A DNA stretch of 64,000 nt from an uncultured bacterium (GCA_965369655.1 CBDUQR010000001.1:64001-128000); one strand, 5' to 3'. Shown: positions 9,194 through 18,350, numbered from the stretch's first letter. Notes: generated from the sequence alone by a model not told the origin. A program made the numbers and translations.

Positions 9194-10144
9194 CTACCGA
9201 TTACCAATCACATTACTCATCAGTTGAATTGCTGCCTCTTCATCTTCTGCATCAAACACAACAATGACATAATTCCGCTCAATCATTGCCGTGACCCACT
9301 TGCTGTTCTCGGTCTGTGATGTGCCGCTGTCTGAAGCGTCGGGAATATATGAGATCAGGAAATTCCTATACGCCTGTGCGGCGCGATCTGCGTTCGGATA
9401 CATGATATACAAAAGATAATGGCCGCCCGGTTTGTACGTAGCGAGCACGGCTTCAGTGTCTCTGTCGAGCTCGAGTATGTTGTCATCCGCGACATAGTAG
9501 TGATAATTCAGCGATGTATACAGATGGAAATACCGAATGCTGTTCGTGTCGAGTCCATCGGGTGGGAGTAGTCTCAGGATATCCGGCTTCTCTCCGACAG
9601 CAGCGATGTTCCTCTCGATTGCCTCTGCAAATTGATATATTGCGGCCTTGCTTTCGGGTGTCTCCTTCTCCGCCATAATAGAAACATAGAAACGATCTTT
9701 CCAGAAGCTTAGAAGTCCTGAACGGTACTCAGCGCCGTTGCCGGGATGATCGACTTCGTTCTCGCGCGAATGGCTGAACACGCCGTACGCATCTTCGGAT
9801 GTTGTCATGTCGAATACTTCGACTGTAATCTCCGGCATGCCATCGCGCATGTATCGTCTGACCACCATTTCACGATATGAATAGAGCCTGTAGATTTCCC
9901 CCGCGCCATTCATGTAACGAAAGATACCGATTGTATCGTATGTCTCGCCATCGCTCTCAGCTTTCCACCCGGCCATCTCATCCGGCATTAGATCATGCAT
10001 ATTCGTAACGCCTCTCGATTCGTCATTCTCTCCACAGCCATGTGCAGCAACCAATATCATAATCGCAGTCAGGCACACACCGAATAGGGCAGACATTGAC
10101 TCATGCCCCAAGTGGGCATGAGCTACAAGACTATGTTTTCTCAT
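9194..10144 (-). CDS. Putative lipoprotein (DUF6599-like)
   Basis: Hydrophobic leader with LVAAHGC; YMNGAGEIY, VEVFDM..SEDAYGVFS; near the DUF362 gene. Confidence 0.7.
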   Translation of the reverse strand: MRKHSLVAHAHLGHESMSALFGVCLTAIMILVAAHGCGENDESRGVTNMHDLMPDEMAGWKAESDGETYDTIGIFRYMNGAGEIYRLYSYREMVVRRYMRDGMPEITVEVFDMTTSEDAYGVFSHSRENEVDHPGNGAEYRSGLLSFWKDRFYVSIMAEKETPESKAAIYQFAEAIERNIAAVGEKPDILRLLPPDGLDTNSIRYFHLYTSLNYHYYVADDNILELDRDTEAVLATYKPGGHYLLYIMYPNADRAAQAYRNFLISYIPDASDSGTSQTENSKWVTAMIERNYVIVVFDAEDEEAAIQLMSNVIGNR

Positions 10145-11000
10145 GATCTCGCTCCAGGTATTTTGTTAATGGATACACACATTCATCCGGCAGTTGCTGC
10201 CCGGCGAGACACAGGAGCGATCGCGAACCATTCCTGCCATCTCTGTCACTTCCGTCAATCAGGCATCCGAACCGGCAGCCGAGACATTTCTCGGTCTGGA
10301 TATCGATCCTCGATGCGGTCGCAGCGGCAACATCGGCTTCGGTCCGGCTCCATTCCGGTTCGTTTCCATTTTTCGTGACTTCCATATTGTGGAGCCTCGT
10401 GAACACCAGCCTGCCGCGATCGAAATTCAGCACAGCGCGACATGAAATCTTGTCGCCTTCGGAAAGCTGGTATCTTTCCTGAGTCTTGTCTGATATCCGC
10501 GCGAAACAGGTGTCATCGAACAGGTCGATATTGACATGCGCGCTGTCGAACACAGCCAGCCAGTTGCGGAAAACATAGCGTTCGCGATTCGGATGGCCTA
10601 TGGTCCTGAAGTTTGGCTTGATCGTTCTCACCACAGCTTCGAGTTCGATTTTCCTCCCTGCGACATCGCTGAGCCAGTAGTCGAACTCTTCCATATCCAA
10701 TTTGAACTTCCGGAAATCAATGTCCGAGATGTTCAGCTTCGGCTTCTGTATGTATTTATCCTCGAAGAACTCCTTGCAGCTAAAACAAAGCCTGCCGACA
10801 TGTTTGAACTTCTTCGGGCATGCATGACCTTTGTCGAGCAAACGACACTTCCACATAAAGACGATACAGCCATCCGGATAACACTTCTTCTCGTTGAGGA
10901 TATGATGCGGCGTTACCATGCCGCCAAATCTGTAGTGCGCGGAGTGGGGGCAACTGAAAACATCCGAGCGCTTGTAGAGATTTTTGAAAACTTTGCGCAT
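10131..11000 (-). CDS. Cys-rich hypothetical protein with an OB-fold-like central part
   Basis: CPHSAH, CYPDGC, CFSC, CLGCRFGC, CLAG..EC; likely ATG at 11000 after GAGG. Confidence 0.75.
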   Translation of the reverse strand: MRKVFKNLYKRSDVFSCPHSAHYRFGGMVTPHHILNEKKCYPDGCIVFMWKCRLLDKGHACPKKFKHVGRLCFSCKEFFEDKYIQKPKLNISDIDFRKFKLDMEEFDYWLSDVAGRKIELEAVVRTIKPNFRTIGHPNRERYVFRNWLAVFDSAHVNIDLFDDTCFARISDKTQERYQLSEGDKISCRAVLNFDRGRLVFTRLHNMEVTKNGNEPEWSRTEADVAAATASRIDIQTEKCLGCRFGCLIDGSDRDGRNGSRSLLCLAGQQLPDECVYPLTKYLERDHEKT

Positions 11001-11158
11001 AAGCCCTCGAAATGAATACGATACATATATAGTTGTCTGTCGCTGTTTCTCCAAGTAATAAACGCTTCTGTTCAACTCCCGCGCAGCATCAGAGCTGTCA
11101 GTGGATCACGTGTCTAATCGGTCGTAGTACTGTTCACATCTGAAACGGTTACGCGACA

Positions 11159-11174
11159 TGTGATTGAAGTCACA
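11159..11174. promoter_or_regulatory. CRP/FNR-family box
   Basis: TGTGA-ttgaag-TCACA, perfect CRP core, between divergent genes. Confidence 0.5.
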
Positions 11175-11333
11175 GTCCCCAACAATGTATTGACTATCTC
11201 CCATAAAACTGATGTCGATATGGCTTCCATCTGAGCAGCAGCGCGAGTTGTCCAATATCTACACAGCTCACATCACCTTGAGAAACAACGCATTACGGTA
11301 ATAACACCGCCTCCTGTGAGATACGATTCCGGA

Positions 11334-11349
11334 CGGCACCGCCGTTGCA
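11334..11349 (+). promoter_or_regulatory. Sigma54 promoter
   Basis: cGGCACcgccgTTGCA, about 50 bp upstream of the 11399 start. Confidence 0.7.
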
Positions 11350-11398
11350 ATAGAGACTCGCGAGTGCTTTTGACGAGCTTCTTACGAGAGGAGTTGGG

Positions 11399-11617
11399 GT
11401 GAAGGTCAAGTTTACTCTTACGATGGATGACCTGACAGTCTCAGGTGACCACTACGATGAGGTCACAATCGACTGGGTCTCTGAGGTCGCGCAGGACGAA
11501 GTCCTTCGATTATCACAGCAGTGGATCACATCACAGAACTTCCTTACACATCGGATGGTAGGCCTGACCAACGTAGGCGAGTCATCGCTTACAATTGAAC
11601 CGATGGAAGGACGCTGA
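11399..11617 (+). CDS. Small hypothetical protein (72 aa)
   Basis: RBS GAGGAG, GTG start, protein-like alpha/beta composition. Confidence 0.75.
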   Translation: MKVKFTLTMDDLTVSGDHYDEVTIDWVSEVAQDEVLRLSQQWITSQNFLTHRMVGLTNVGESSLTIEPMEGR

Positions 11618-11634
11618 CACTGGGATCGAATCTC

Positions 11635-11958
11635 ATGGAAATCAACATTGACCAGATCGCGGCATTTGTGACTCCCATACTCGATATGTTCTCGGAGCAT
11701 GCCGTTGAGGTCGATGAGTTCCTGAGATCCCACATCACTTTCGTTCCGCCGGTAGTCATCTATCTGGCGATCTTCATGCTCGCGGCAGCCCTGATAGTAC
11801 ATGCGACGAAGGTAGCTTTCAAGCTGGCGATATTTGTCGTCCTTCCCACAATCGGATCTGCGTTCCTCGTCACACAAGTGTTTCCCGCACTTCAGACGAC
11901 GACGGTGCTACCTGCGGCGGCAGCAATCTTCGCAGGACTGTTCATCCTGAAAAGGTGA
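11635..11958 (+). CDS. Small membrane protein (about 3 TM)
   Basis: Hydrophobic C-terminal two thirds; 17 bp after the previous gene. Confidence 0.7.
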   Translation: MEINIDQIAAFVTPILDMFSEHAVEVDEFLRSHITFVPPVVIYLAIFMLAAALIVHATKVAFKLAIFVVLPTIGSAFLVTQVFPALQTTTVLPAAAAIFAGLFILKR

Positions 11959-12184
11959 CATCGCGTTACGTCTATTCGAAAAGAAACAGAAGTCAATTCA
12001 TAGATACTGGCCTGCACCTAACTCCTGGAATGTATCCGTTCTGATATCTGCGACATCGCTCTATAGCGCACACTCGCTGACTGTGGACTGAAACCCACAG
12101 TCAGAAGTCAAATCGCGCATGTCCCCAAGTGAAACGGCCGCGGAAGTCTCGATCCGACAAGCGCTTCGGGTGCATGCCATAGAT

Positions 12185-12200
12185 CGGCATGCCTGTTGCG
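12185..12200 (+). promoter_or_regulatory. Sigma54 promoter
   Basis: cGGCATgcctgTTGCg, GG-N10-GC spacing, 35 bp upstream of 12236. Confidence 0.65.
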
Positions 12201-12235
12201 AATACATGTACTGACAATGAGTAACAACGGGAGGA

Positions 12236-12418
12236 ATGACTATGTGGTTCCGTCGAAGGACCCGGCGCGAGCGGTGCCCGATATGCTCCAGCAGGCTCAG
12301 TATGATCGGAAAGCGTCGCGTCTGCCGGTCGTGTTGCATTGAAATCGAAGGTTCGAGCCTCAAGCCGCTGAAAGACCTCGACTGGTACGGCCATCTGCGT
12401 GTCGATCAGAATCGCTGA
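12236..12418 (+). CDS. Small basic zinc-ribbon protein
   Basis: RBS GGAGGA; CPIC...CRSC. Confidence 0.65.
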   Translation: MTMWFRRRTRRERCPICSSRLSMIGKRRVCRSCCIEIEGSSLKPLKDLDWYGHLRVDQNR

Positions 12419-12430
12419 GCAGCTATCGGT

Positions 12431-12913
12431 ATGAAAGAAACCAGGCGCTGTGCCATTTGCGGGAAGAGCATGAAGGAGTTCAAGGGCATCTTCATGTGTC
12501 TTTCCTGCAACGACAAGTATGGGGAGTACTACAATTTCTTCTCATCCGCGGTCGCTGATTTCAAGAACTCCAGCGGCAAAGATGTGGTGATGATCGAATG
12601 CCCCGGTGTTACGATCTACGATGAGACGAACTCCAATGTGATCCGCGGAGTCAAATGGAATGATCCGCAGGATTTCTCAAAGGGATATGTCATCGTCGGG
12701 AGTCCAATGTATGCGCCCGGTCACAAGCCGAAACGAGTCGTGCCGAGCGACAAACGCAACAACATCGCGCGCTGCAAGGCATGCCAGGATTTCACAGTAC
12801 GAATGAGGATATTCAATAATCAAAAAATGAAAGGCGAGTTCACGCACGAATCGCCGTTGATGCCGAGAGATCATCCCCGCGACGGTTTCAGCCCTCGCAA
12901 CATCACAACCTGA
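12431..12913 (+). CDS. Zinc-finger hypothetical protein
   Basis: CAIC...CLSC N-terminus and a later RCKACQ motif. Confidence 0.75.
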   Translation: MKETRRCAICGKSMKEFKGIFMCLSCNDKYGEYYNFFSSAVADFKNSSGKDVVMIECPGVTIYDETNSNVIRGVKWNDPQDFSKGYVIVGSPMYAPGHKPKRVVPSDKRNNIARCKACQDFTVRMRIFNNQKMKGEFTHESPLMPRDHPRDGFSPRNITT

Positions 12914-13082
12914 ATACAAACGCCGGGAGCCATGTCCTCCGACCTGTAACGGCTCGGTGGTGGTTATATCTTATTGTCCCAGTATTAGTTGCATAGATAA
13001 TCGAGTAGGCTCGTACTCTGGACCATCAAGCTAGTATCATGTCCCAGGAATCAATTCACAATAAAAAGCGGCAAATTAAATC

Positions 13083-13131
13083 GTGGCATGGGCATCTTGC
13101 CCATGATTCACGGGCAGGATGCCCGTGCTAC
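13083..13131. repeat. REP-like hairpin doublet
   Basis: CATGGGCA-tct-TGCCCATG followed by CACGGGCA-gga-TGCCCGTG. Confidence 0.75.
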
Positions 13132-13209
13132 TACAAAAAAATATATAAACATATACCCGGGACACGACACTAGCAAGAAATGTACGAACTGTCAGAATCG
13201 CCTGCTGAC

Positions 13210-13226
13210 TGTCCAGAAACTGGACA
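13210..13226. promoter_or_regulatory. Candidate enhancer (bEBP) site
   Basis: Palindrome TGTCCAG-aaa-CTGGACA about 170 bp upstream of a sigma54 promoter. Confidence 0.45.
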
Positions 13227-13398
13227 ATCTGGGTTCGTGCTAATTCGTTATCATCCAAGAGGTTTCCCCAAAGCCTAATTCCCTATCCACAAAAGCGTCG
13301 AGATCGCGGACACTTTGATTAAAAACAGCTCTCCGACCAAACGTTACCATCAAGTTCAACTCATTGTTACACGGCGACTTACACATACAGTGATGGGG

Positions 13399-13414
13399 TG
13401 GCATGACTGTTGCT
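13399..13414 (+). promoter_or_regulatory. Sigma54 promoter for the PEP-CTERM genes
   Basis: TGGCATgactgTTGCT; PEP-CTERM genes are commonly sigma54-driven. Confidence 0.8.
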
Positions 13415-13487
13415 CAGTATTTGAGCAAGGAAGTGTACAGATTTGAAGAATTATGAGTCACATATTCAATATTCCGGGAGGAAAGAA

Positions 13488-14135
13488 ATGAAGAAACTGA
13501 CAAGAATCGCACTGACACTCGCGATGGCTTTTGCACTCTGCGGAACCGCCAACGCAGCCTGGTTCCTCGATTTCGAGTGGGGACTCGGCCATGACGATGA
13601 GCAGATCGCATCCGGTATCCCGGGCCTTCAGTTCACCAGTACAGGTGATTTCGATTGGCTCTACGCCGACATCACAACTGGTTCTTACAGCGTCACCAGC
13701 GACAACGGCTCAACCTACGGTGGTGAATGGTATTTCATGTCTGGTGATGTGTTTGCATGGCTTGGACGGAACGCCGATATGGGCAGGATTGATTTCCTCG
13801 GTGGCGACGGTTCGTGGTTCACCACGGGCTATTGCTCGTTTAGCGATTTCTATCTTGAAGCCTATGATCAGTTTGACAACCAGCTCGATATAGCTGTAGG
13901 CGCACCGAACACGACGGATGACGGTGGTACCGGCTTGAATTATCTTACGGTGACATCCGGCTTGAGCAATATTTCTTATGTACTGATGCACGACACTGGA
14001 AACCAGTGGCTTGCTGACAATATGTCGGGCGATGCTTCTGATGTCGAGGATCCGTCAATCCCTGAGCCGACAACGCTACTGCTTCTCGGCGCCGGGCTGC
14101 TCGGCGGCGGCATCCTTAGGAAAAGAATTCGATAG
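13488..14135 (+). CDS. PEP-CTERM sorting domain protein
   Basis: Signal peptide; C-terminal IPEPTTLLLLGAGLLGGGILRKRIR; RBS GGGAGG. Confidence 0.93.
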   Translation: MKKLTRIALTLAMAFALCGTANAAWFLDFEWGLGHDDEQIASGIPGLQFTSTGDFDWLYADITTGSYSVTSDNGSTYGGEWYFMSGDVFAWLGRNADMGRIDFLGGDGSWFTTGYCSFSDFYLEAYDQFDNQLDIAVGAPNTTDDGGTGLNYLTVTSGLSNISYVLMHDTGNQWLADNMSGDASDVEDPSIPEPTTLLLLGAGLLGGGILRKRIR

Positions 14136-14150
14136 AGTCAGGAGGCTATT

Positions 14151-14804
14151 ATGACAAAAGTTATTGCAACAGTTGCGCTGGCCGTAATCATGACTCTGGC
14201 GATCTCGACACCCGGTCATGCCTGGTTCCTCGATTTCGAGTGGGCACTCGGCCAAAACTGGCAGGACATCTCGAACGATGTTTCCGGGCTTAACTTCACC
14301 ACGACAGACGGTAACGACTGGCTGTATGCGGACATCAATTCCGGCATGTACAATGTGCAGAATAATCTTGGCGACTGGTACGGGAGTGGTGAGTGGCACC
14401 TGAGTGAATATGTTTTCGCATGGCTTGGACCGCACCAGGATGCCGGTCGTATCGATTTCCTGAACAAGGATGCGTCGTTCTTCACGGTTGGTTACAACTC
14501 GTTCTTCAATTTTTATGTCGAAGCGTACGACGAATTCGACAACATGATCGATGTAACAATCGGCCCTCCGAATACCATGTCGTACGGTGGTACCGGGCTC
14601 GACTATCTGACTGTCAATGCCCCGGGCAATGATATGGCATATGTCATTCTTCATGACACTGGCGACATGTGGCTGGTAGATAATATGTCCGGTGACGCGA
14701 GCGGAGTCGATGAAACGCCCATTCCCGAGCCGGCAACGCTTCTGCTGCTCGGCACAGGTCTGATTGCTGGCGGAATCCTCCGTCGCAAGTACCGCAGGAA
14801 GTAG
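14151..14804 (+). CDS. PEP-CTERM sorting domain protein (paralogue of 13488)
   Basis: Signal peptide, AWFLDFEW start of the mature protein, IPEPATLLLLGTGLIAGGILRRKYRRK. Confidence 0.93.
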   Translation: MTKVIATVALAVIMTLAISTPGHAWFLDFEWALGQNWQDISNDVSGLNFTTTDGNDWLYADINSGMYNVQNNLGDWYGSGEWHLSEYVFAWLGPHQDAGRIDFLNKDASFFTVGYNSFFNFYVEAYDEFDNMIDVTIGPPNTMSYGGTGLDYLTVNAPGNDMAYVILHDTGDMWLVDNMSGDASGVDETPIPEPATLLLLGTGLIAGGILRRKYRRK

Positions 14805-14828
14805 TCACACAGCAATACTTCGATTTAC

Positions 14829-14856
14829 GAGGGGTCGCTCACGCGGCCCCTTTTTC
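14829..14856 (+). terminator. Intrinsic terminator
   Basis: AGGGGTCGC-tcac-GCGGCCCCT followed by a T-run. Confidence 0.75.
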
Positions 14857-15013
14857 TATCCGAAAAACTCGATCGAACAGGTTCCACAAGTGCGGAAAGG
14901 GCTGCGGACTGCTGACAGGAAGCAGATTAAACGGTGACCGATAGATACAAATAAAGCGGCCCGCCTGCAAGCAGACAAACCGCCCGAGATTAGTTCGTAC
15001 CCCTTCCGACCAC

Positions 15014-16384
15014 TTATACGACAAGAAGCTTCATCAGTTCCGAGATCGAATCGACCTTTTCGAGATTGTAGACGGCATCCCTGATCCTGGTTCTGCGATC
15101 ATCAGAGAGAAAATCTGCGGTCAGACCGTAGAACTTGTCAATCAGATCATTGTCCGTCATCGTCTCCCTCGGATCGCCTTTCGCATAATCGACTCGCTGT
15201 GAGAGCGTCTTCCCTGTCTTCATCCCGATATCGACAACTGATGGTTGCAGCTTCGGGAATTCGGCTTCGAGTCGAGCATCGGCTACGACTTTGATCTTCT
15301 GGATCAGATCGATCAGCTTCTGATCGGCGATCCGTTCTTTCTTGAATTGCAGCGGCGTCACCATTCTATCCATGATAGCCGCCCCGACACAGTAGGGCAT
15401 CGAGTGATCGGCAGTCTCTTTCGACGTCGGATGATACTTCGTTGGATCAGCCAGGATATCGACAGCGCGCGCGATTGTATGCACGGTGACTTCTTCGACA
15501 TCCTCCCACTTGATGTCATGCTCTTTCACCAGTTTCAGCGCAGCGGTAACTGGGGACTGGGTAAGGAACTCAGTTGGGAACGCTTTGAACGAACAATCCT
15601 TGATCTTGAATTGACTTCCGAGACCATCGAACAATGCTTCTTCTTTGTAGCCCTCTCCCATCTCCTGACAGAATCCCTCTTTGCCCTCGAAGATCGCTTC
15701 GGTACCGATATACCCCTGTTGCGCGAGTAGTGCCGCGAGAACTCCCGACTGTGTCGCCATCGGATCGACAGTGTTTTTCATCATGGTCAACTTGCCGGCG
15801 GCGACAGCGCCGAGCGTGAAATTGTGGCAGCCCGAAATGCCAACTGCATTAGTGAGTTGATCGACATTCAGACCGAGCATCTTTCCGGCGACAAGGGGCG
15901 ATATAAACTGTGTCAATGTTGCATGGTGCCAGCCGCGCTCACGAATTCCGGGAGTGACATACTCGCAGAGCCGCATCTCAAGTTCGTGACCGATGATGAT
16001 ACCGACCAGGATATCCTTGCCTGACTTGCCCTCGCGCTCCCCAACCGCAAGCGCCGCAGGGATTATGTCTGACGGATGCGACGGGTCCTCTTTCCAGTAT
16101 ATATCGTTGTAATCCATTACGCGAACCATCAGAGCATTCGCCAGCGTTGCCATGAAAGCATTTGTCCTGAAACCGGTAGCGATAAGAGTTGCCTCCGGCG
16201 TTCCGCCGAGATTTTCAATGACGCTCAGAGACATTTTGCAGTCCTCGGCTCGATGTCCGCCGAGCGCGCATCCCAGTGTGTCGAACAGGAATCTTTTTGC
16301 GTGACGAATCGATTCGCTGTCGATGTCATTGAATTTCAGATTGTACACGAACTCGGCGAATCGTCTCGAAATTGTCTTTTCCAT
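15014..16384 (-). CDS. prpD: MmgE/PrpD family protein
   Basis: RVMDYND...SHPSD, GWHHAT, KETADHSMPY. Confidence 0.88.
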   Translation of the reverse strand: MEKTISRRFAEFVYNLKFNDIDSESIRHAKRFLFDTLGCALGGHRAEDCKMSLSVIENLGGTPEATLIATGFRTNAFMATLANALMVRVMDYNDIYWKEDPSHPSDIIPAALAVGEREGKSGKDILVGIIIGHELEMRLCEYVTPGIRERGWHHATLTQFISPLVAGKMLGLNVDQLTNAVGISGCHNFTLGAVAAGKLTMMKNTVDPMATQSGVLAALLAQQGYIGTEAIFEGKEGFCQEMGEGYKEEALFDGLGSQFKIKDCSFKAFPTEFLTQSPVTAALKLVKEHDIKWEDVEEVTVHTIARAVDILADPTKYHPTSKETADHSMPYCVGAAIMDRMVTPLQFKKERIADQKLIDLIQKIKVVADARLEAEFPKLQPSVVDIGMKTGKTLSQRVDYAKGDPRETMTDNDLIDKFYGLTADFLSDDRRTRIRDAVYNLEKVDSISELMKLLVV

Positions 16385-16607
16385 CAGGTCATCCTCGTTC
16401 TTGCTATGCAGAACTTAGTCCGCGACATGCGATCTCACGGAATCCACTTTCAGGCGCGTAAACTAAGGTCGCCGCATGAAAAAGCAACCGAAAAAGGAAT
16501 CACAGCGATCTGACATGATAGAAATCGGTTGATCCTTGTCGGCTTTTGAATTACGTTGCGCCAAAGGAAATTGTGAAGCACAGTTCGATATCAGAGAGGA
16601 AAATGCA

Positions 16608-17129
16608 ATGAGCAGGACAGAGGAAAATCTCAAAGCGGCATTTGCCGGTGAATCGCAAGCCAGAAACAAGTACACGTATTTTGCGAAGGTGGCGAGGAAA
16701 GAAGGCTATCACTATATCGCGAAGATTTTCGAGGAGACCGCGGACAACGAAATGCGTCACGCAAAAGACGAATTCGCTATGCTTGGCGGCATCGGCGATA
16801 CGATTGCGAACCTGAAGGAAGCCATCGACGGGGAGAACTACGAGACCACCGAGATGTATCCTGAGTTTGCGAAAGCCGCCAAAGATGAAGACAACACTGC
16901 TGCGGCAACTTTGTTCGAGCAGATCGCCAAAGTCGAGGCGCATCACCGCGACCGGTACAAGAAGCTGCTCGATATGGTCGAGGCTGGAACGGTCTACAAA
17001 CGCGAGAAACCGATCAAATGGAAATGCAGCGTGTGCGGGTATGTGCATGAAGGCACCGAACCACCGGAGAAGTGCCCGAGCTGTCAGCATCCGAAAGAAT
17101 ACTACGAACCGGCGAGTATGGATTTCTAA
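16608..17129 (+). CDS. rbr: Rubrerythrin
   Basis: NLKAAFAGESQA, ETADNEMRHA, C-terminal CSVCG...CPSC. Confidence 0.95.
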   Translation: MSRTEENLKAAFAGESQARNKYTYFAKVARKEGYHYIAKIFEETADNEMRHAKDEFAMLGGIGDTIANLKEAIDGENYETTEMYPEFAKAAKDEDNTAAATLFEQIAKVEAHHRDRYKKLLDMVEAGTVYKREKPIKWKCSVCGYVHEGTEPPEKCPSCQHPKEYYEPASMDF

Positions 17130-17155
17130 GTTTCATCGCGATGATATAGTATACA

Positions 17156-17188
17156 AAGAATCGCCGGGGCATCGCCTCGGCGATTGTG
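17156..17188. terminator. Hairpin between convergent genes
   Basis: AATCGCCG-ggGC-atc-GCct-CGGCGATT. Confidence 0.5.
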
Positions 17189-17238
17189 GTCGCTATATAG
17201 AACTTGGAGGATAAGCTCATGCTCAGTCCATTGAAGTG

Positions 17239-18096
17239 TTAGAATTCAGGTTCTGAACCAGCGTACTTTCTTACGAAACTTTCATTGAAGGTTTTAGACT
17301 TAAATGAGGCATATACCCATCGCTTGGCGGAAATAACTGTCCCCCGGTTGAACGAGTTAACTTGATTGTTGGTTAACGAAACAAAACAGTCTTCACCGTT
17401 CCCCCATCCAGCCACTACTGCCAAGTGTTTTGAAATCGGAAACGTCAGTGAGACATCTTTTGACAGAAGCCCAGAGGAGTATGCTTGTTTCGGACTGCGC
17501 CCGGGTACATTGTAGTAAACTGGGTTATCGGATGTGACGAATCTATGACCATCTGTAGATCGAGCAATGAACCACCTCATTCGTGAAATCAGAGTGGCGT
17601 ACTTCCTAGCTGAATCCATTATTGCCAATTTCCACCCACTGTCGGCGACCTCTTCCCAAAATAAATCATCTGCAAAGGAAGAGTCAACATGAGCAAAGTC
17701 CTCATCTTGCTCTCTTTTGCGACTCAAGTATCTGCGTGCCTGTCTCCTGTAATTAGGAACTCTGACCAGCATAACTGCGATGAAGTGTGAGAATTGGTTT
17801 TTCTGTAGACTGTCCAACTCGTGGTCAGACTCCAATGTTCGGACTATTTCAGCACAAGCACCCTCCAAAGGAGATAGGAACTCCTCAATTGACTGTGTGT
17901 CCTTTTCTTGATCCCTAAATTCAAGAGTGTGGAAATCCTTCATTACTCCTGCGTTTTTAGTAGAGACCTTCCTTATCAGCCCTCCATCCTTTTCATACAT
18001 CCACAAAAACCGTTTGTCGCCTTTGGAAAGATGAGAATCGGCGAAGCCATTCAGATAGAACCGGGATATGAAATGATGGCGCTTTGTCTGCCCCAT
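17239..18096 (-). CDS. DUF4238 domain protein (candidate anti-phage)
   Basis: HHFISRFYL..F N-terminus, FVTSDNPV, FPIS; AT-richer than neighbours. Confidence 0.88.
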   Translation of the reverse strand: MGQTKRHHFISRFYLNGFADSHLSKGDKRFLWMYEKDGGLIRKVSTKNAGVMKDFHTLEFRDQEKDTQSIEEFLSPLEGACAEIVRTLESDHELDSLQKNQFSHFIAVMLVRVPNYRRQARRYLSRKREQDEDFAHVDSSFADDLFWEEVADSGWKLAIMDSARKYATLISRMRWFIARSTDGHRFVTSDNPVYYNVPGRSPKQAYSSGLLSKDVSLTFPISKHLAVVAGWGNGEDCFVSLTNNQVNSFNRGTVISAKRWVYASFKSKTFNESFVRKYAGSEPEF

Positions 18097-18150
18097 AAGG
18101 ACAAATGCTCCGATTGTGTTACTACTATACGCTCAAGATTCATCTACTGA

Positions 18151-18177
18151 CTGGATTCCTGCCTTCGCAGGAATGAC
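18151..18177. repeat. REP-like hairpin (GTCATTCCTGCGAAGGCAGGAATCC type)
   Basis: ATTCCTGC-cttc-GCAGGAAT; related sequences near 51318 and 51365-51411. Confidence 0.75.
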
Positions 18178-18303
18178 GCGATCTGTATGCTCTTGTGACA
18201 GCATAAACTCTCCTACACCAGTCCCATCTCTTTCATCATCGCCTTGATTTTTTGTGATGTGGCCGGTCTTGAACCTCTCGAGATTGACTGATTCAATTGT
18301 CCA

Positions 18304-18332
18304 AATGTATGCTAACAGCAATGCGCTGTCAA
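18304..18332 (-). promoter_or_regulatory. Sigma70 promoter
   Basis: TTGACA-N17-TACATT on the minus strand. Confidence 0.55.
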
Positions 18333-18350
18333 TTTATCCCGATGGATGGA

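Noticed and set aside
13259-13274. GAGGTTTCCCCAAAG as another left end of the TIR element
   Set aside because: Degenerate, with no partner end, TSD or host palindrome.
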